Source: an uncultured delta proteobacterium (GTDB lineage: Bacteria > Myxococcota_A > Polyangia > Fen-1088). From it: a stretch of 64,000 nucleotides of DNA. The stretch spans positions 1,376,001 to 1,440,000 of the forward strand of contig CAVYGB010000002.1 of NCBI GenBank assembly GCA_963767925.1. The letters are read 5' to 3'. Positions 60,897 to 64,000 of this stretch are shown in pieces. Within the stretch, counting starts at the first letter, position 1, and the number at the start of each line of letters is the position of its first letter. Below the pieces are notes generated by a model. It did not search any database, was not told the DNA's origin, and worked only from the letters and a program-made list of their open reading frames with translations. Position numbers and translations under genes: made by a program.

Positions 60897-61691
60897 TTGG
60901 CAAAGCCCCCGATGTACGGGCGCTGCCGCGAGTATGCAACCGGCCAGGCGGGGGTGACGGGATCCGTGGCAACGACTGCGTTTGACCCCCTGGCATGGCC
61001 CCGCGCCCTGTCCCGACTGCGGGCGCTCTGCGCTGCCGATGAAGTCGCGTCGACCATGCGTCATCAGGCCCTCAACGAGCTGACCGGCCTGGGCGCGCTG
61101 CTCTACCGGGTCCGGTCCCGCCTGGGCAGCGGCCTGGCGCTGGGCGGCCGCACCGTGGCGGGCAGCGAGCTGCAGCCCCTGTTCGAATCGATGGAGGCGC
61201 GCCTGCACGGGGCGCCCGCCCGGCTGGGGTACCGGTTCCTGCCCGCCCCCGTCCAGGGGGTGCGCAGCGAGCTCGGGAGCCAGGCGCGCGTGCTGCTGGA
61301 TGCCCTGGGGGTGGAGGCGGAGATCGCCGGCGCGCCAACCGCCCACGCCGCCATCGCCCCCGACGAGCTGGAGGTCGCCCTCGGCTGCCTGGTCGAGAAC
61401 GCGGTCGAGGCGCTGGCCCAGGCCGGCCGGCAAGGCGCGCTCACCCTGGAGATCACCCGGCTGGGCGGCCGCTGGGGCCTCGAGGTGCGCGACGACGGGG
61501 TGGGGGTGGAGAACACCGCCTTCGATCACCTGTTCGATCCGTTCTTCACCACCCACCCCGGCCGGGCCGGGCTGGGGTTGAAGATCGCCCGCCGGCTCGC
61601 GCACCGCTGGGGCGGCGAGCTGCTCATCGCCGCCCGCACGCCCCGGGGGCTCTCGGCCACCCTGGCGTTGCCCGCCGCGGAAGCGATGTGA
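60897..61691 (+). CDS. Histidine-kinase-like ATPase lacking a sensor domain
   Basis: Degenerate H-box MRHQALNE, N-box LVENAVEA, DDGVG, FDPFFTT, GLGL. Confidence 0.75.
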   Translation: MAKPPMYGRCREYATGQAGVTGSVATTAFDPLAWPRALSRLRALCAADEVASTMRHQALNELTGLGALLYRVRSRLGSGLALGGRTVAGSELQPLFESMEARLHGAPARLGYRFLPAPVQGVRSELGSQARVLLDALGVEAEIAGAPTAHAAIAPDELEVALGCLVENAVEALAQAGRQGALTLEITRLGGRWGLEVRDDGVGVENTAFDHLFDPFFTTHPGRAGLGLKIARRLAHRWGGELLIAARTPRGLSATLALPAAEAM

Positions 61692-61753
61692 GGGCGGCCG
61701 ACCTCGCGTCCGCCGCAGCTCCCCCTCCCCCCGCCGCGATCACCTTTTTCGGG

Positions 61754-63055
61754 TTAGCGGCGGGCGCCGTCGCGGTGGAGCAGATCGAGCGGGGGCGCCT
61801 CGTGCTCGACCAGGTAGGCGAACTGCTGCCGGAACTCGTCGGGCGTCAGGTGGGCCACGTCGGCGAACTTCTTGACCGTGGCGGCGTCCTCGAAGTCGTC
61901 GCGCCGCAGGCGGATCATGTAGCGGCGGGCGATGGCGTAGCGGGTGGAGTGGATGTCGACCATGCGCACGCGGGTGCGCCCGGTCTGCGGGATCGAGCAT
62001 CTGGGCGAAGGGGATGGGCACGAAGTTCCCGCCCTGCAGCGACACCATGGCGGCGTTGCCGCCCGAGAACAGGTACTTGGCGGCGCAGTAGCCCAGGTCG
62101 CGCGTGTACTCCATGTCGAAGGGGACCGGGTCGGCGCAGCGCAGCTCGTAGCCGATGTTCTTCGAGACGATGGTGGTCTTGATCTGCAGCTCCTTGAGCC
62201 GCTTGACGGTGGCGCTGCTTGATGCCGTCGCCGATGTCGATCTCGGCGATGCGCATGTGCCCGTGGTCGTCGTATTCGAGGTCGCCGAACTTCTTCAGGT
62301 CCTCCTCGGGCAGGCTCTCGACCAGGCCCTCGGCCAGCACCGCGACGCCGTCGTGGTGGCCCTCGGCGCGGCGCTTGATGATGGCGCCGGCCAGGGTGTC
62401 GGCCAGGGTCTGCAAGGTGGTCTTGAACTTGGGGAACTCCTCGGGGATGAGGGTCAAGGTGGCGCCGGCCGCCTTGCCGATGCCGAGCGCCAGGTGCCCG
62501 GCCTTGCGGCCCATGGCGATGACGAAGTACCAGCGCGAGGTGGTCTTGGCGTCGACCATCAGGTTCTTGACGATCTCGACGCCGACGTGGCGGGCGGTCT
62601 GGTAGCCGAAGGTGTCGACGTTGGGGTCGAGGTCGAGATCGTTGTCGATCGTCTTGGGCACGTGGGCCACGCGCACGCGGCCGGCGGCCCGCTCGGCCAC
62701 CTTGAGGGCGGAGAAGGCGGTGTCGTCGCCGCCGATGGTGATGAGCTGGGTGACGCCGAGGCGGAGCGAGCGAATCGATGACCGTGTCGAGGAGCTTGGC
62801 GTCCTTGGTCGGGTTGTCGCGGGCGGTGCCCAGGATCGACCCGCCGCTGAAGTGGATGCGGCTCACGTCCTCGAGGCGCAGCGGCCGGACGGCGTCGAGC
62901 TCGATGCGGCCGCGCATGATGTTGCTGAAGCCGTCACGGATGCCGAGCACCTCGACCCCCTGCAAGAGGGCGCGGATGGTCGCAGCGCTGATCACGCTGT
63001 TGATGCCGGGGGCAGGGCCGCCGCCGACGAGGATTGCGAGCTTCTCCTTTGACAC
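61754..63055 (-). CDS. pfp: Phosphofructokinase, probably PPi-dependent (frameshifts near 62770, 62215 and 61995)
   Basis: GGGPAPGIN, GGSILGTAR, IGGDDT, PKTIDND, MGRKAGHL, GYELRC. Confidence 0.85.
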   Translation of the reverse strand: MSKEKLAILVGGGPAPGINSVISAATIRALLQGVEVLGIRDGFSNIMRGRIELDAVRPLRLEDVSRIHFSGGSILGTARDNPTKDAKLLDTVIDSLAPPRRHPAHHHRRRRHRLLRPQGGRAGRRPRARGPRAQDDRQRSRPRPQRRHLRLPDRPPRRRRDRQEPDGRRQDHLALVLRHRHGPQGRAPGARHRQGGRRHLDPHPRGVPQVQDHLADPGRHPGRRHHQAPRRGPPRRRRGAGRGPGREPARGGPEEVRRPRIRRPRAHAHRRDRHRRRHQAAPPSSGSRSCRSRPPSSRRTSATSCAAPTRSPSTWSTRATWATAPPSTCSRAATPPWCRCRAGTSCPSPSPRCSIPQTGRTRVRMVDIHSTRYAIARRYMIRLRRDDFEDAATVKKFADVAHLTPDEFRQQFAYLVEHEAPPLDLLHRDGARR

Positions 63056-63158
63056 GAGCGCACCCTAACATGGCGCCCACGAGCGTCCCGATGACGTTTT
63101 CGGGTCGAATACCCGATCTCCTCGCGCGGATCGCCGGTAACGCGCGGTGTTGCGCCCG

Positions 63159-63770
63159 CTATTTCTGCGCAGCCGCCGGCGGGCCGAGCGCCGCTTCGAT
63201 CACCTGGAGCTGGCGGCTGACGTTGCCGCGCACGCGCGCGTCCTTCTCGGCGGGCAGGCGGGCGCGCAGCAGATCGGCGGCGCTCGAAAGCCGGGTCAGG
63301 CCCAGAGCGAGGGCGGCGTCGATGCGCACCTCGGGATCGCCATGTGCGAGCAGCTCCGCCAGCAGGGGCGGCACCGAGGGGCCGCCCTGCCAGCCGAGCG
63401 CGACGGCGGCGCGCCGGATCAGCAACAGATCGCCGGCGTCCTTGGCGCTGGCCACGCTGGCCACGAGCTGATCGAGGTACCGGCGCGAGGCGAGGCTGGG
63501 CGCGAAGGCCAGGGCGCTGACCGCCCGGGCGCGCAGGCGGGGCTCGAGCTTGGCGTCGCGGGCGAGGGCGATGAGGGCGGCGTCGACCTCGCTGCCCTGG
63601 GCCCGCAGCTCCTGCTCGGTGGGCGGCCGCTCCGAGGTGCGCAGCAGCCGGAGCACGCCCTCCCGGCTGGCCCGGAGACGTTCGGCGGCGCTGGCGAGCG
63701 GGGCGGGCGCCACCGCGGAGAGCGAGAGCGAGAGGATGAGGACCAGCAGCCCGGCAGCGCCACGAAACAT
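63159..63770 (-). CDS. Exported HEAT-repeat protein
   Basis: Signal peptide; R..A..AL repeats, DPEVRIDAALALG. Confidence 0.75.
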   Translation of the reverse strand: MFRGAAGLLVLILSLSLSAVAPAPLASAAERLRASREGVLRLLRTSERPPTEQELRAQGSEVDAALIALARDAKLEPRLRARAVSALAFAPSLASRRYLDQLVASVASAKDAGDLLLIRRAAVALGWQGGPSVPPLLAELLAHGDPEVRIDAALALGLTRLSSAADLLRARLPAEKDARVRGNVSRQLQVIEAALGPPAAAQK

Positions 63771-63840
63771 GGACCGCCAGGATACCTCGAAGCGGCCGTC
63801 CGGGCGGGGCCGCCCGCGGGCGGTCGGCTATACTGCACGG

Positions 63841-64000
63841 GTGCAGCGGCGCGCGGGCAAGGGGGCGGCAGCGGGGCAGCAGCCCGCGCTCGGCACCGAG
63901 ACCTTTCGCCTGGTGCCCGCGCGGGCGGAGGACGCCGAGGAGATCGCCGAGCTCCGCAACGCCGTCGCCCGCGACCTGACCCAGGCCCACGGCCGCGGCC
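63841..64000 (+). CDS. 5' part of a probable GNAT acetyltransferase (runs off the window)
   Basis: FRLVPARAEDAEEIAELRN.. resembles a GNAT N-terminus. Confidence 0.45.
   Translation, partial: MQRRAGKGAAAGQQPALGTETFRLVPARAEDAEEIAELRNAVARDLTQAHGRG

Overview
Very GC-rich bacterial DNA whose gene content suggests Myxococcota (zinc-ribbon/TPR and PEGA proteins, Cys-rich lipoproteins, several sigma54 activators); this assignment is inference. Many core genes carry single-base frameshifts, most likely long-read assembly errors. From left to right the window holds: a Bat/VWA operon; a PLP aminotransferase; a YbjN-like gene; an NtrC-like regulator; astA; a polysaccharide deacetylase; a large lipoprotein; ssb; an Slt-type lytic transglycosylase; an orphan efflux adaptor with a PqqD-like N-terminus; malQ; an ABC transporter; an amidase; TauE; ArsC/Spx; and tadA. 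Next comes an unusual four-gene locus (M48-like pseudo-protease, dynamin-like GTPase, GT-C-like membrane protein, TPR-dynamin fusion). A lower-GC accessory patch at about 40.2-46.9 kb contains two integron attC sites with no integrase, a PIN toxin-antitoxin cassette, a 293-bp MITE with an 8-bp target duplication, and relics of NRPS, PhoD and a mobile element. The rest holds a hydrolase, SRPBCC/ArsR, an AAA ATPase, yiaK, TlpA-DUF3570-DUF4266, a Cu/Zn-SOD-like gene, a sigma54 regulator, a kinase and a PPi-type PFK. A REP-like palindrome family is dispersed through the window and amplified into two tandem arrays (7x81 bp and 8x~63 bp). Palindromic DNA also sits in-frame inside the first dynamin gene and probably the second. 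Family names come from motif recognition, not database searches.
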